From the IMG/VR virus record IMGVR_UViG_3300049173_000069, positions 1 to 29,425 of that record: DNA of 29,425 nt. One strand, written 5' to 3'. Shown in pieces: positions 1-7,374 of the stretch. The notes under the pieces were generated by a model. That model was given only the letters and a program-made list of their open reading frames with translations. It was not told the origin of the DNA and ran no database searches. This DNA comes from a virus. Taxonomy: Duplodnaviria > Caudoviricetes. Position 1 is the first letter of the stretch. Each line of letters starts with the position of its first letter. The position numbers were made by a program, and so were the translations under genes.

Positions 1-326
1 TCCGGAAGCGCCTCACCTCCGACCAGGCCCAATGGACCGGCGTCGCGGCCGGCACGTTCTACATGGTCGCCGGGTCGATCTGGACCGTCGGGGAGAACCT
101 CAGCGATGCGTTCGCCTCGGTGTTCACTGGCGGCGGGTTCGGCACCGCTGGCATGGGCGGCGTCAGCCTGCTGCTCGCCGCGCTCATGTACTTCCGTGAG
201 CTCGCCCCGGGGAAGGCCGCGCTCACCGGGATCATCGCGGCCGGTGTGTGGGCGCAGGCCGGCGGCCTGTGGGGGCTGCCGCAGGCGTTGATTCTGACCG
301 GTGCGCACGCGATCGGCGCCGCCTGA
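1..326 (+). CDS. Membrane protein, 5'-truncated by the window edge
   Basis: The frame of ORF 63..326 is open back to position 3 (RKRLTSDQAQWTGVAAGTFYM...); several Gly/Ala-rich hydrophobic segments; stop overlaps the next ATG (TGATG at 324-328). Confidence 0.75.
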   Translation, partial: RKRLTSDQAQWTGVAAGTFYMVAGSIWTVGENLSDAFASVFTGGGFGTAGMGGVSLLLAALMYFRELAPGKAALTGIIAAGVWAQAGGLWGLPQALILTGAHAIGAA

Positions 327-997
327 TGAAGATCGTTAAGCGGGTAGGGGAGCGGCTCCTCCCCGACTGGGCGCGGGCCGAACTGCGCCCGATCCTCGCC
401 TTCACCGGAGCGGGCGCAGCCCTCGCGTACGGATCGATCGAGCTCGCCGCCCGCAGCTGGCAGTGGCTCGGCGACCGCCTCAACGGCATTGAGCGGCTCG
501 GCGTGTGCGCCGGCGCCGTGTACCTCGTCGGCTACGGCTGCGTGCACGCCCCGCACATCGCCCGCTTCGCGATCCCCGGCGCGGCCCTCGCCTGGTGCAT
601 GGCCGCCTGGTGGCTCGCCCCGCCCGCCCTTGACGCGCCGACCCCAGCACCTCAGGTCTTGACCGCCCGGGACAGCTTCGTTCTGTGGCTCGCCGCCCTC
701 ATGGACGGGCAGCCCGGCATCCACCTCCGCGACCTCTACCCGGCGATGCGTCAGATGCCCGGCCACGAGGGCCGCGACAACGCCCAGCTGCGGGCCGCTC
801 TCAGGACCCTCGGTATCCCCGTCCGCAGGAGCCTCCGTATCGGCAAGCAATCCGGCCGGTCAGGGGTCGCCTTGGCTGACCTTCAGCCGCTCCCCTCCCC
901 TGGTGGAGAGTCGCGTGTGGATTCCGATGGAGACGCAGGTCAGCCCGCAGATTCTCCGGCCGGAGAGTCGCGTGGAGAGTGGTTGGAGAGCGCCTGA
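326..997 (+). CDS. Membrane-anchored protein with C-terminal winged-helix-like domain
   Basis: ATG at 326 coupled to the upstream stop; about three hydrophobic segments, Pro-rich linker, then GIHLRDLY...LRAALRTLGIPVRRSLRIG..GRSGVALADL, resembling the C-terminal wHTH of Streptomyces TraB proteins (recognised by eye). Confidence 0.7.
   Translation: MKIVKRVGERLLPDWARAELRPILAFTGAGAALAYGSIELAARSWQWLGDRLNGIERLGVCAGAVYLVGYGCVHAPHIARFAIPGAALAWCMAAWWLAPPALDAPTPAPQVLTARDSFVLWLAALMDGQPGIHLRDLYPAMRQMPGHEGRDNAQLRAALRTLGIPVRRSLRIGKQSGRSGVALADLQPLPSPGGESRVDSDGDAGQPADSPAGESRGEWLESA
904..991 (+). repeat. Five 8-bp imperfect direct repeats (consensus TGGAGAGT)
   Basis: TGGAGAGT 904, TGGAGACG 928, CGGAGAGT 961, TGGAGAGT 973, TGGAGAGC 984; an inverted copy at 951-958. 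Confidence 0.7.
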
Positions 998-1248
998 TGC
1001 TCTACGAGTACCGGTGCCGCCAGTGCCGCGCGGCCAGCCCCCCGGTGTCCTACAGACAGGCCGAGGGCTATCGGGACGAGCACCGCAACATCGAGCACGG
1101 GGGCCTCGTCCCGGCCGGTGAGCGCATCGTTCGAGTGCCCGGCAGTACCCCGCATCCGGATGGCCGGTACGTGTCCACGGGCGCCCTGTTGGGCCTGCTC
1201 GCGGTTCTGGCTGTCGCCTCTGTCGTGGCTCGTCTGCTGGGCCACTGA
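997..1248 (+). CDS. Small Zn-finger (CxxC...HxxxxH) protein with C-terminal TM helix
   Basis: TGATG coupling at 995-999, GGAGAG RBS at 985-990; YRCRQC...EHRNIEH; hydrophobic C-terminus ALLGLLAVLAVASVVA. Confidence 0.75.
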   Translation: MLYEYRCRQCRAASPPVSYRQAEGYRDEHRNIEHGGLVPAGERIVRVPGSTPHPDGRYVSTGALLGLLAVLAVASVVARLLGH

Positions 1249-1345
1249 CCCACCCCTCAAGACCCCGGCGCGGGCCGTTCCATCCGCCAAGAGAGCGCGG
1301 CCCACGCCGGTCCACCCATCCCGATCACGAGACAGGAGCACCATC

Positions 1346-1510
1346 ATGGCGTTCAAACGGACCGGATCCCAAGACGAGCTGCGCGCGGCCGCCGACCCGG
1401 CACGGCTCGCGAAGGACGCGAGGACCTACCAGGCCAGCCGCGGCGGCCACTACCCGACCGGGCAGAAGCCGGTCCCCGGCACCCCGCAGGAAGGCCCGCG
1501 CACGAGCTGA
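1346..1510 (+). CDS. Small hypothetical protein (54 aa, MAFKRTGSQDEL...)
   Basis: AGGAG RBS at 1334-1338 before ATG 1346; high-GC3 codon use. Confidence 0.65.
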   Translation: MAFKRTGSQDELRAAADPARLAKDARTYQASRGGHYPTGQKPVPGTPQEGPRTS

Positions 1511-1563
1511 CCCGCGTGCCACACTGACGGCTACGCGCCGGGTAGCGCCCGGCAACCCCTGAA

Positions 1564-1596
1564 GGCCCCGCCTCGTTCCCCCGTCGAGGCGGGGCC
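1564..1596 (+). terminator. Intrinsic terminator-like hairpin
   Basis: Perfect 12-bp stem GGCCCCGCCTCG / CGAGGCGGGGCC with 9-nt loop. Confidence 0.75.
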
Positions 1597-1646
1597 GTCC
1601 GCGTTCCGGCCCACTTGCCGAAACGGCACGTCTCGTCTTACAGTCG

Positions 1647-1693
1647 GCCGCAGATCTGGCATGCCCGGAAGCAAACGCCGCAGATACGGCATG
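1647..1693 (+). promoter_or_regulatory. 17-bp direct repeat pair upstream of the lipoprotein gene (putative operator)
   Basis: GCCGCAGATCTGGCATG (1647-1663) and GCCGCAGATACGGCATG (1677-1693), 15/17 identical, 30-bp period. Confidence 0.55.
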
Positions 1694-1725
1694 ATGCCCC
1701 CTCACCAACAGTTCCAGGGGGGAAC

Positions 1726-2139
1726 ATGCACATCCGCCGCACCGCCGCCACCATCGCCGTCCTCGCGTGCACCCTCGCCGCCTGCTCCAGCAACGAGAGC
1801 AGCGACAAGGCCGACACCAAGCCGACGGCCACCGAGAAGCAGCTCACCCAAGCGCAGAAGGACGCGATCTCCGCAGCCGCCGGCATGCCGCCGCGGCCGA
1901 CCGGCGAGAAGCGCCAGCAGCTCCTCGACGCACTGAAGCAGGCCGCCCCGGACGTGGTCCGGTATGACGACAAGGCCGTCGACGCGGCCCGCAACCAGTG
2001 CTCAGCGATCAACGGCGGCGGCAACAAGCTCGACTACCTCGCCTCGCAGCGCTTCACGTACAAGGACGTCACGACCAGCGAGGCCCAGGGCGCCCAGATC
2101 AACAAGGCCTTGAAGGATCTCGGGTTCTGCAAGGTCTGA
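1726..2139 (+). CDS. Lipoprotein with DUF732-like domain (moron-like)
   Basis: Signal peptide with lipobox LAAC; two Cys (ARNQC...GFC) in a helical domain matching the DUF732 pattern; flanked by hairpins on both sides. Confidence 0.75.
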   Translation: MHIRRTAATIAVLACTLAACSSNESSDKADTKPTATEKQLTQAQKDAISAAAGMPPRPTGEKRQQLLDALKQAAPDVVRYDDKAVDAARNQCSAINGGGNKLDYLASQRFTYKDVTTSEAQGAQINKALKDLGFCKV

Positions 2140-2156
2140 CCCACACTTCACGGACT

Positions 2157-2189
2157 GGCCCGGCCGCACTCCACCGGAGCGGCCGGGCC
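2157..2189 (+). terminator. Terminator-like hairpin
   Basis: 11-bp stem GGCCCGGCCGC / GCGGCCGGGCC right after the lipoprotein stop. Confidence 0.7.
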
Positions 2190-2214
2190 TTCGCACACCC
2201 TGACGGAGGTGACG

Positions 2215-2721
2215 ATGAGCGAGCCCAACAAGGGCGGCCTCAACGGGGACCAGCGCGCCGTCGACGACAACGACTACCGGCTCGTCGCCGAGCTGCACGC
2301 ACAGGGCCTGGGCCGTAACGAGATCGCCCGCAGGATCAACCGCGGCTCACGCACCGTGTCCGTCATCGCCGCACGCCTCAACCTCACCTTCGACCGCACG
2401 ATGACCGAGGAAGCCACCCGCGCACGCAAGGCCGACCTCGAGGAACGGCGCGCCATCCTCGCCGAGGCCCTACAGTCCGACGCCGAGCAACTCACCGAGC
2501 AACTCTGGCAGCCCCACAGGGTCTTCCGCATCGGCGGCGCCGCGAACAAGTACGTCGAGCGGCAACTCGACGAGCCCCCCGCCGACGCGAAGAAGGACCT
2601 CATGTCCGCGGCCGGCATCGCCATCGAGAAGTCCCTCAAGCTTGTCCCGCCGGACCGTGAGGACTTGGAGGGCCTGGCCGCTGTCGACGCCTGGCTGAGG
2701 GGGATGATGCCGGGCGAGTGA
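2215..2721 (+). CDS. terS: Putative terminase small subunit (N-terminal HTH)
   Basis: GGAGG RBS at 2205-2209; HTH ELHAQGLGRNEIARRINRGSRTVS; directly upstream of terL. Confidence 0.7.
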   Translation: MSEPNKGGLNGDQRAVDDNDYRLVAELHAQGLGRNEIARRINRGSRTVSVIAARLNLTFDRTMTEEATRARKADLEERRAILAEALQSDAEQLTEQLWQPHRVFRIGGAANKYVERQLDEPPADAKKDLMSAAGIAIEKSLKLVPPDREDLEGLAAVDAWLRGMMPGE

Positions 2722-2731
2722 GGGGGCGACG

Positions 2732-4027
2732 ATGTTCACTCCCCTCTCCGGCAAGGCGCTCCGGGCAACCCAGTTGGCGGCCGCGCGCGGCAACCTGTGG
2801 GAGGGCGCGGTCCGGTCGGGTAAGACGATCGGCTCGATCATGGTGTGGCTGCGGTACGTCCGCACCGGCCCGCCTGGTGCGCTCCTGATGGTCGGGAAGA
2901 CCGAGCGGACGCTGAAGCGGAACATCATCGACGTCATCGTGCAGATGATCGGTAAGCGGCGGTGCGACTACCGGGCGGGCGCGGGTGAGGTCGTCATCTT
3001 CGGCCGCACGGTCTACGTGGCCGGGGCGAACGATGAGCGGGCCGCCGACAAGATCAAGGGGCTCACCCTCGCTGGTGCGTACATGGACGAGGTCACCACC
3101 TACCCGGAGACGTTCTTCCGGATGCTGGAGACCCGCCTCAGCGTCGAGGGCGCGCAGTGGTTCGCCACGACCAACCCTGAAGGCCCGAACCACTGGCTGA
3201 AGAGGCAGATCCTCGACCGGGCCCGCCTGCACCTGCGCCGCGACGGAACGCTCGTCGAGACGCAGGATCCCGACGCGCTGGACGTGCACCGGTTCTCGTT
3301 CGTCCTCGACGACAATCCGTCCCTGCCGGCCGCGTACGTGGACTCGCTGAAGCGGTCGCATCAGGGCCTGTTCTTCCGCAGGTACATCCTCGGCGAATGG
3401 TGCCTGGCGGAAGGCGTCATCTTCGACGCATTCAACGAGCAGCGGCACGTCGTCGACCTGGTCCCGGAGATCACCCGGTGGATGTGCGTGGGCATCGACT
3501 ACGGCACCGTAAACCCGTTCGCCGCGCTGCTGATCGGGATCGGGGCGGACAACCGCATGTACGTCGCCTCGGAGTACCGGCACGACTCGCGGGTCGCGAA
3601 GCGGCAGCTGACGGATGCGCAGTACAGCGTGGGCGTGCGCAGCTGGCTGTCGTCGTACGAACATCGCGGGACGAAGGGCGTGGCCCCGTCGTGGGTGTTC
3701 GTCGACCCGTCCGCCGCGTCGTTCATGACCCAGCTGTGGGCGGACGGCACGCCCGGCGTGGCGAAGGCGGACAACGACGTGAAGGACGGCATCCGGTCGG
3801 TGTCCACGGCGTTCGGCGAGAACATCCTGTCGATCCACCGGTCGTGTGCCGGTCTGCTGGAGGAGCTGCCGGCGTATGTGTGGGATGAGAAGGCGTCGTT
3901 GAAGGGCATCGACCAACCGCTGAAGGTCGATGACCACAGCGTGGACGGCCTGCGGTACGGCCTGCACTCCTCGGTGAATGAGTGGCGGCATCTGCTGCCC
4001 GCGACGTCGTTGGAGGTGGCTGCGTAG
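2732..4027 (+). CDS. terL: Terminase large subunit, PBSX/SPP1-like
   Basis: Walker A GAVRSGKT, Walker B AYMDE, TTNP motif, nuclease-domain GIDYG and DDHSVDGLRY. Confidence 0.95.
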   Translation: MFTPLSGKALRATQLAAARGNLWEGAVRSGKTIGSIMVWLRYVRTGPPGALLMVGKTERTLKRNIIDVIVQMIGKRRCDYRAGAGEVVIFGRTVYVAGANDERAADKIKGLTLAGAYMDEVTTYPETFFRMLETRLSVEGAQWFATTNPEGPNHWLKRQILDRARLHLRRDGTLVETQDPDALDVHRFSFVLDDNPSLPAAYVDSLKRSHQGLFFRRYILGEWCLAEGVIFDAFNEQRHVVDLVPEITRWMCVGIDYGTVNPFAALLIGIGADNRMYVASEYRHDSRVAKRQLTDAQYSVGVRSWLSSYEHRGTKGVAPSWVFVDPSAASFMTQLWADGTPGVAKADNDVKDGIRSVSTAFGENILSIHRSCAGLLEELPAYVWDEKASLKGIDQPLKVDDHSVDGLRYGLHSSVNEWRHLLPATSLEVAA

Positions 4028-4254
4028 TGGCTGTGGAAGTCGACTTCACCGCCGTCAGCGGGAGCATCGAGGTGCCCATCGTTGTCAGCGTCGGAGACGT
4101 CACGGACGCCGTCGCCGGGACCATGACCCTGCACATCCGCGACGGCGTGGTCGAGGACTGGCGCGCTCCGCTCGCCGCCGCGCTGCGCAGCATGGCTGCC
4201 GATGCCGAAGCGCTGCCTGACCACGATGAGGGGGTGAACGATGCCGCTCCCTGA
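4027..4254 (+). CDS. Small acidic hypothetical protein between terL and portal
   Basis: GTG at 4027 overlaps the terL stop, GGAGG RBS upstream; overlaps portal start by 14 nt. Confidence 0.55.
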   Translation: MAVEVDFTAVSGSIEVPIVVSVGDVTDAVAGTMTLHIRDGVVEDWRAPLAAALRSMAADAEALPDHDEGVNDAAP

Positions 4255-5851
4255 GAAGAACACGAACTGGCCGCCGATCCCCTCTCCGATCCGCGAGGAC
4301 ATGGAGGACTGGGCCGCCTGGTTCTCCGCGAACCCCGACCGTCTCGCCTACCGGTACCGCAACCGCGGCACCCGCTCCTACGCCACCGGTCAGCCCGGCC
4401 AGGTACAGAACCGGCCGAGCCAGTACCGCGGCGGCCTCGTCGGTACCGTCGCCCGCTGGTTTTGGGGCCAGCCGACACCGCTCGGCGAACAGCGCGCCAA
4501 CCTCCACATGCCGCTCGCCCGCGACATCGCCCGCACCAGCAGCGACCTGCTGTACTCCGAGCCGCCCACCCTAAAAGCCACGACGCAGGCCACCCAGGAG
4601 CGCCTCGAAGCGCTGATGGACGTCGGCATGAAGCGCACCCTCATCGCCGCAGGCGAGACCGGAGCAGCGCTCGGCGGGGCCTACCTGCGGATCGTGTGGG
4701 ACGACGACATCAGCGACCGGCCGTGGATCTCCCTGGTACACGCTGACGGTGCAGCCCCCGAGTTCGCGCACGGCGACAAGCTGCGCGCGGTGACGTTCTG
4801 GACCGTCATCGCCGTTGACGGGCAGCGCGTCGTCCGGCACTTGGAACGGCATGAGCCGGGCCTTGTCCTTCACGGGGTGTACGACGGCACCGAGGACAAC
4901 CTCGGCAAGCCCGTCGACCTGTCCGCGTTCGAGGAGACCAAGGCGTATCTGCCGGCCAGGCAGTTGCCGGCGGGGATGGAGAAGAAGCTCCTCGTCTCCT
5001 ACATTCCGAACACGATGGTCGCCCCGGACTGGCGGGACATCCCGGGCGCGGCAGGGCTCGGCACCTCGGACTACCAGGGCGCGGAGACGTTCCTCAGCGC
5101 GATCGATGAGACGTACACGTCGTGGATGCGGGACGTCCGCCTCGCCAAGAGCCGGATCATCGTCCCGGCGATGTTCCTCGACGCCAACGGGCCCGGCATG
5201 GGCGCGATCTGGGAGGACCGTGAGGCGTACTCGCCGCTGAACGTGCCGCCCAACTCGGAGCAGGCGATCACCCTGAACCAGTTCGCGATCCGGCACGAGG
5301 AGCACCGGGCCACGGTCGAGGACCTGGTGGGCAAGGTCATCCGCAATGCGGGCTACTCCGGGAACACGTTCGGCGACGACACGTCCGGGGCCGCTGTTAC
5401 GGCGACGGAGATCAAGGCTCGTACCGCGCGCTCGATGTCCACGCGTGCGCGGAAGGCGGAGCTGGCGGCGACCGGCATCGCGGACATCGTCGAGGCGCTG
5501 CTGATGCTGGAGGCGTCGCCGCTGTTCCGCGTGGCCGGGGTGGAGGTGGAGCGGCCGGACGTTGACTTCCAGGACAGCGTGCAGGACGACATCAAGACCC
5601 TCGCTGAGACCGCGAGCCTTCTCCAGCAGGCGGAGGCCGCGTCGACCGAGGTGAAGGTGGCTCTGCTGCATCCGGACTGGGACGAGAAGGAGCAGGCCGA
5701 GGAGGTGCGTCGGATCCAGAAGGAGACCGGCCGCCTCGTCGAGGATCCGCTCACGCTCGGCGCGGACCGGCCACAGTTCGGTGAACGGCCGGACGAGCAA
5801 GAGGAACCAGCCGACGGCGGCGAGGCAGAAGACGACAACGCCGAGGAGTAG
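4241..5851 (+). CDS. Portal protein (SPP1 gp6/A118-like)
   Basis: Follows terL; 536 aa; TATEI motif, LHPDWDE...EEVRRI near the C-terminus, acidic tail. Confidence 0.9.
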   Translation: MPLPEKNTNWPPIPSPIREDMEDWAAWFSANPDRLAYRYRNRGTRSYATGQPGQVQNRPSQYRGGLVGTVARWFWGQPTPLGEQRANLHMPLARDIARTSSDLLYSEPPTLKATTQATQERLEALMDVGMKRTLIAAGETGAALGGAYLRIVWDDDISDRPWISLVHADGAAPEFAHGDKLRAVTFWTVIAVDGQRVVRHLERHEPGLVLHGVYDGTEDNLGKPVDLSAFEETKAYLPARQLPAGMEKKLLVSYIPNTMVAPDWRDIPGAAGLGTSDYQGAETFLSAIDETYTSWMRDVRLAKSRIIVPAMFLDANGPGMGAIWEDREAYSPLNVPPNSEQAITLNQFAIRHEEHRATVEDLVGKVIRNAGYSGNTFGDDTSGAAVTATEIKARTARSMSTRARKAELAATGIADIVEALLMLEASPLFRVAGVEVERPDVDFQDSVQDDIKTLAETASLLQQAEAASTEVKVALLHPDWDEKEQAEEVRRIQKETGRLVEDPLTLGADRPQFGERPDEQEEPADGGEAEDDNAEE

Positions 5852-5863
5852 CAGGGAGGCCTC

Positions 5864-6973
5864 ATGCCAGTCAGCCCTGACATGGCCGAGGACCTCGCCG
5901 CCGCTGTCTCGTCACTGTACGAACAGGCCGAACTGGCGCTCATCGAGAAGGTCACCCGCGCCCTCGCCGAAGGCCTCGACAGCCCCCTGTGGGTCGAGCT
6001 CAAGCTCCAAGCGATCGGCCACCTGCGTACGGCGATCGAAGACATCATCGACGCCCTCCAAGTCGACGCGGCCGGCGCGATCCGTCAGGCTGTCGCCGAG
6101 GCGTACGACCGCGGCGCACAAGCCGCCGTCGCCGAGCTCGGCGCGCTCGCCGTGACCGCGCCCGCAATCCCCGCAGGAACGCACGCCGTGGACCGGCTGG
6201 CCGCAGCACTCGTGCAGGAGACCAGCGCAACCCACGCACGGATCCTCCGCTCTGGCCTCGACGTGTACCGGCAGGTCATCGCCCAGGCCACATCCGCCCC
6301 CCTGCTGGGGGCATCAACACGTCGCGAGGCGGCGGCGCGGGCGCTGGCCCGGTTCGCGGACCGAGGAGTTACCGGGTTCGTGGACCGAGCTGGCAAAGCC
6401 TGGAACCTCACCTCATACACGGAGATGGCGACCCGCTCCGCCCTCGGCCGCGCAGCCGTACAGGCGCACACAGACCGGCTCGGCGCCGCAGGCATCGACC
6501 TGGTGGTCGTGTCCAACGCCCCGGAGGAGTGCCCCCGCTGCAAGCCCTGGGAAGGCGAGATCCTTCGGCGCGACGGCGCATCCGGTGAGGGCACCGTCGA
6601 GGTCGAGCACGCCACCGAGGACGACCGCATGGTCAGCGTCCGTGTGGCCGGCAGCCTGCCAGAGGCCAGAGCCGCAGGGTTGATGCATCCGAACTGCCGT
6701 CACTCGGTGTCGATCTACTTGCCCGGCCTGACCCGGCCGCCGGCCCCGAAGACCGACCGGACGCGGGCGACGTACGAGCAGTCGCAGCAGCAGCGCTACC
6801 TCGAACGTCAGGTGCGGTTGTGGAAGCGGCGGGCGGCCGGGTCCGTGGACGATGCCGCGCGCACGAAGGCGAACGCGAAGGTGCGTGCGTATCAGGGGCG
6901 GATTCGTGAGCTGGTCGCGGCGACGGGCCTGCCGCGCAAGTCGCATCGTGAGCAGCTCACGTCGCCTCGCTGA
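5864..6973 (+). CDS. Phage minor capsid protein (Phage_min_cap2 / gp7-like)
   Basis: Follows portal; GFVDRAGKAWNL, ECPRCKPWEG, GLMHPNCRH, QRYLERQVRLWKR motifs. Confidence 0.9.
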   Translation: MPVSPDMAEDLAAAVSSLYEQAELALIEKVTRALAEGLDSPLWVELKLQAIGHLRTAIEDIIDALQVDAAGAIRQAVAEAYDRGAQAAVAELGALAVTAPAIPAGTHAVDRLAAALVQETSATHARILRSGLDVYRQVIAQATSAPLLGASTRREAAARALARFADRGVTGFVDRAGKAWNLTSYTEMATRSALGRAAVQAHTDRLGAAGIDLVVVSNAPEECPRCKPWEGEILRRDGASGEGTVEVEHATEDDRMVSVRVAGSLPEARAAGLMHPNCRHSVSIYLPGLTRPPAPKTDRTRATYEQSQQQRYLERQVRLWKRRAAGSVDDAARTKANAKVRAYQGRIRELVAATGLPRKSHREQLTSPR

Positions 6974-7165
6974 CTACTCCTCGGGCTCGCGCCTGTTCTC
7001 GCGGTCCCATGCGTCGAGGTCTTGCCGAGAGCACGACGGACAGTACGGATCGCTCTGCTTGCGTATCTCCTCACCTCCCCACACGGGTGTGACGGAGACG
7101 TTGCGGACCAACGGTCCCTTACAGCGGCGGCAGGCGCCTGAAGCGTTCTCTCGATGCGTAGCCAT
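6974..7165 (-). CDS. Counter-oriented 63-aa Zn-ribbon protein (CRRC...CPSC), leaderless
   Basis: MATHRENASGACRRCKGPL...YCPSCS...; ATG at 7165 lies 6 nt downstream of a TACCTT -10 box; stop abuts the minor capsid stop. Confidence 0.65.
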   Translation of the reverse strand: MATHRENASGACRRCKGPLVRNVSVTPVWGGEEIRKQSDPYCPSCSRQDLDAWDRENRREPEE

Positions 7166-7171
7166 CCCACG

Positions 7172-7193
7172 AAGGTAACCCCAGGGGCTGACA
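7172..7193 (-). promoter_or_regulatory. PafBC/RecA-NDp-type promoter TGTCAG-N10-TACCTT
   Basis: Minus strand reads TGTCAG CCCCTGGGGT TACCTT CGTGGG ATG, matching the actinobacterial TGTCRG-N10-TANNNT motif. Confidence 0.6.
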
Positions 7194-7212
7194 GCGCTGG
7201 GGTCCGCAGACT

Positions 7213-7371
7213 TCGGCCCGCCTGGTGCGGGCCGAGAACACCGATCCGCCTGGCGCGGGTCACCCCTGAAGGCCCGCCAGGCGCGGGCCGCTTGCACAAC
7301 CATCGCGGCCGCCAGGCGCGGCCCGAACCCCAGATGCCCGCCAGGCGCGGGCGACTCATGCCCTGGAGGGC
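7213..7371 (+). repeat. Array of five hairpins with core CCGCCWGGYGCGG, plus a degenerate sixth over the scaffold RBS
   Basis: Cores at 7218, 7246, 7274, 7309, 7338; stems 6-9 bp with variable but paired outer bases; GCCCTGGAGGGC at 7360-7371. Confidence 0.85.
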
Positions 7372-7374
7372 GCA

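Noticed and set aside
2636-5800. Long antisense ORFs (2636..3991, 4571..5800; similarly 6892..8133, 14555..15898, 24046..25305)
   Set aside because: Mirror frames of well-supported + strand genes caused by stop-codon scarcity at high GC; no motifs or RBS.
7213-7352. Hairpin array as a CRISPR array
   Set aside because: Conserved core is only 13 nt, the period is 28-35 nt with spacers of about 7-17 nt, and no cas genes are present; reported instead as a structured repeat array.
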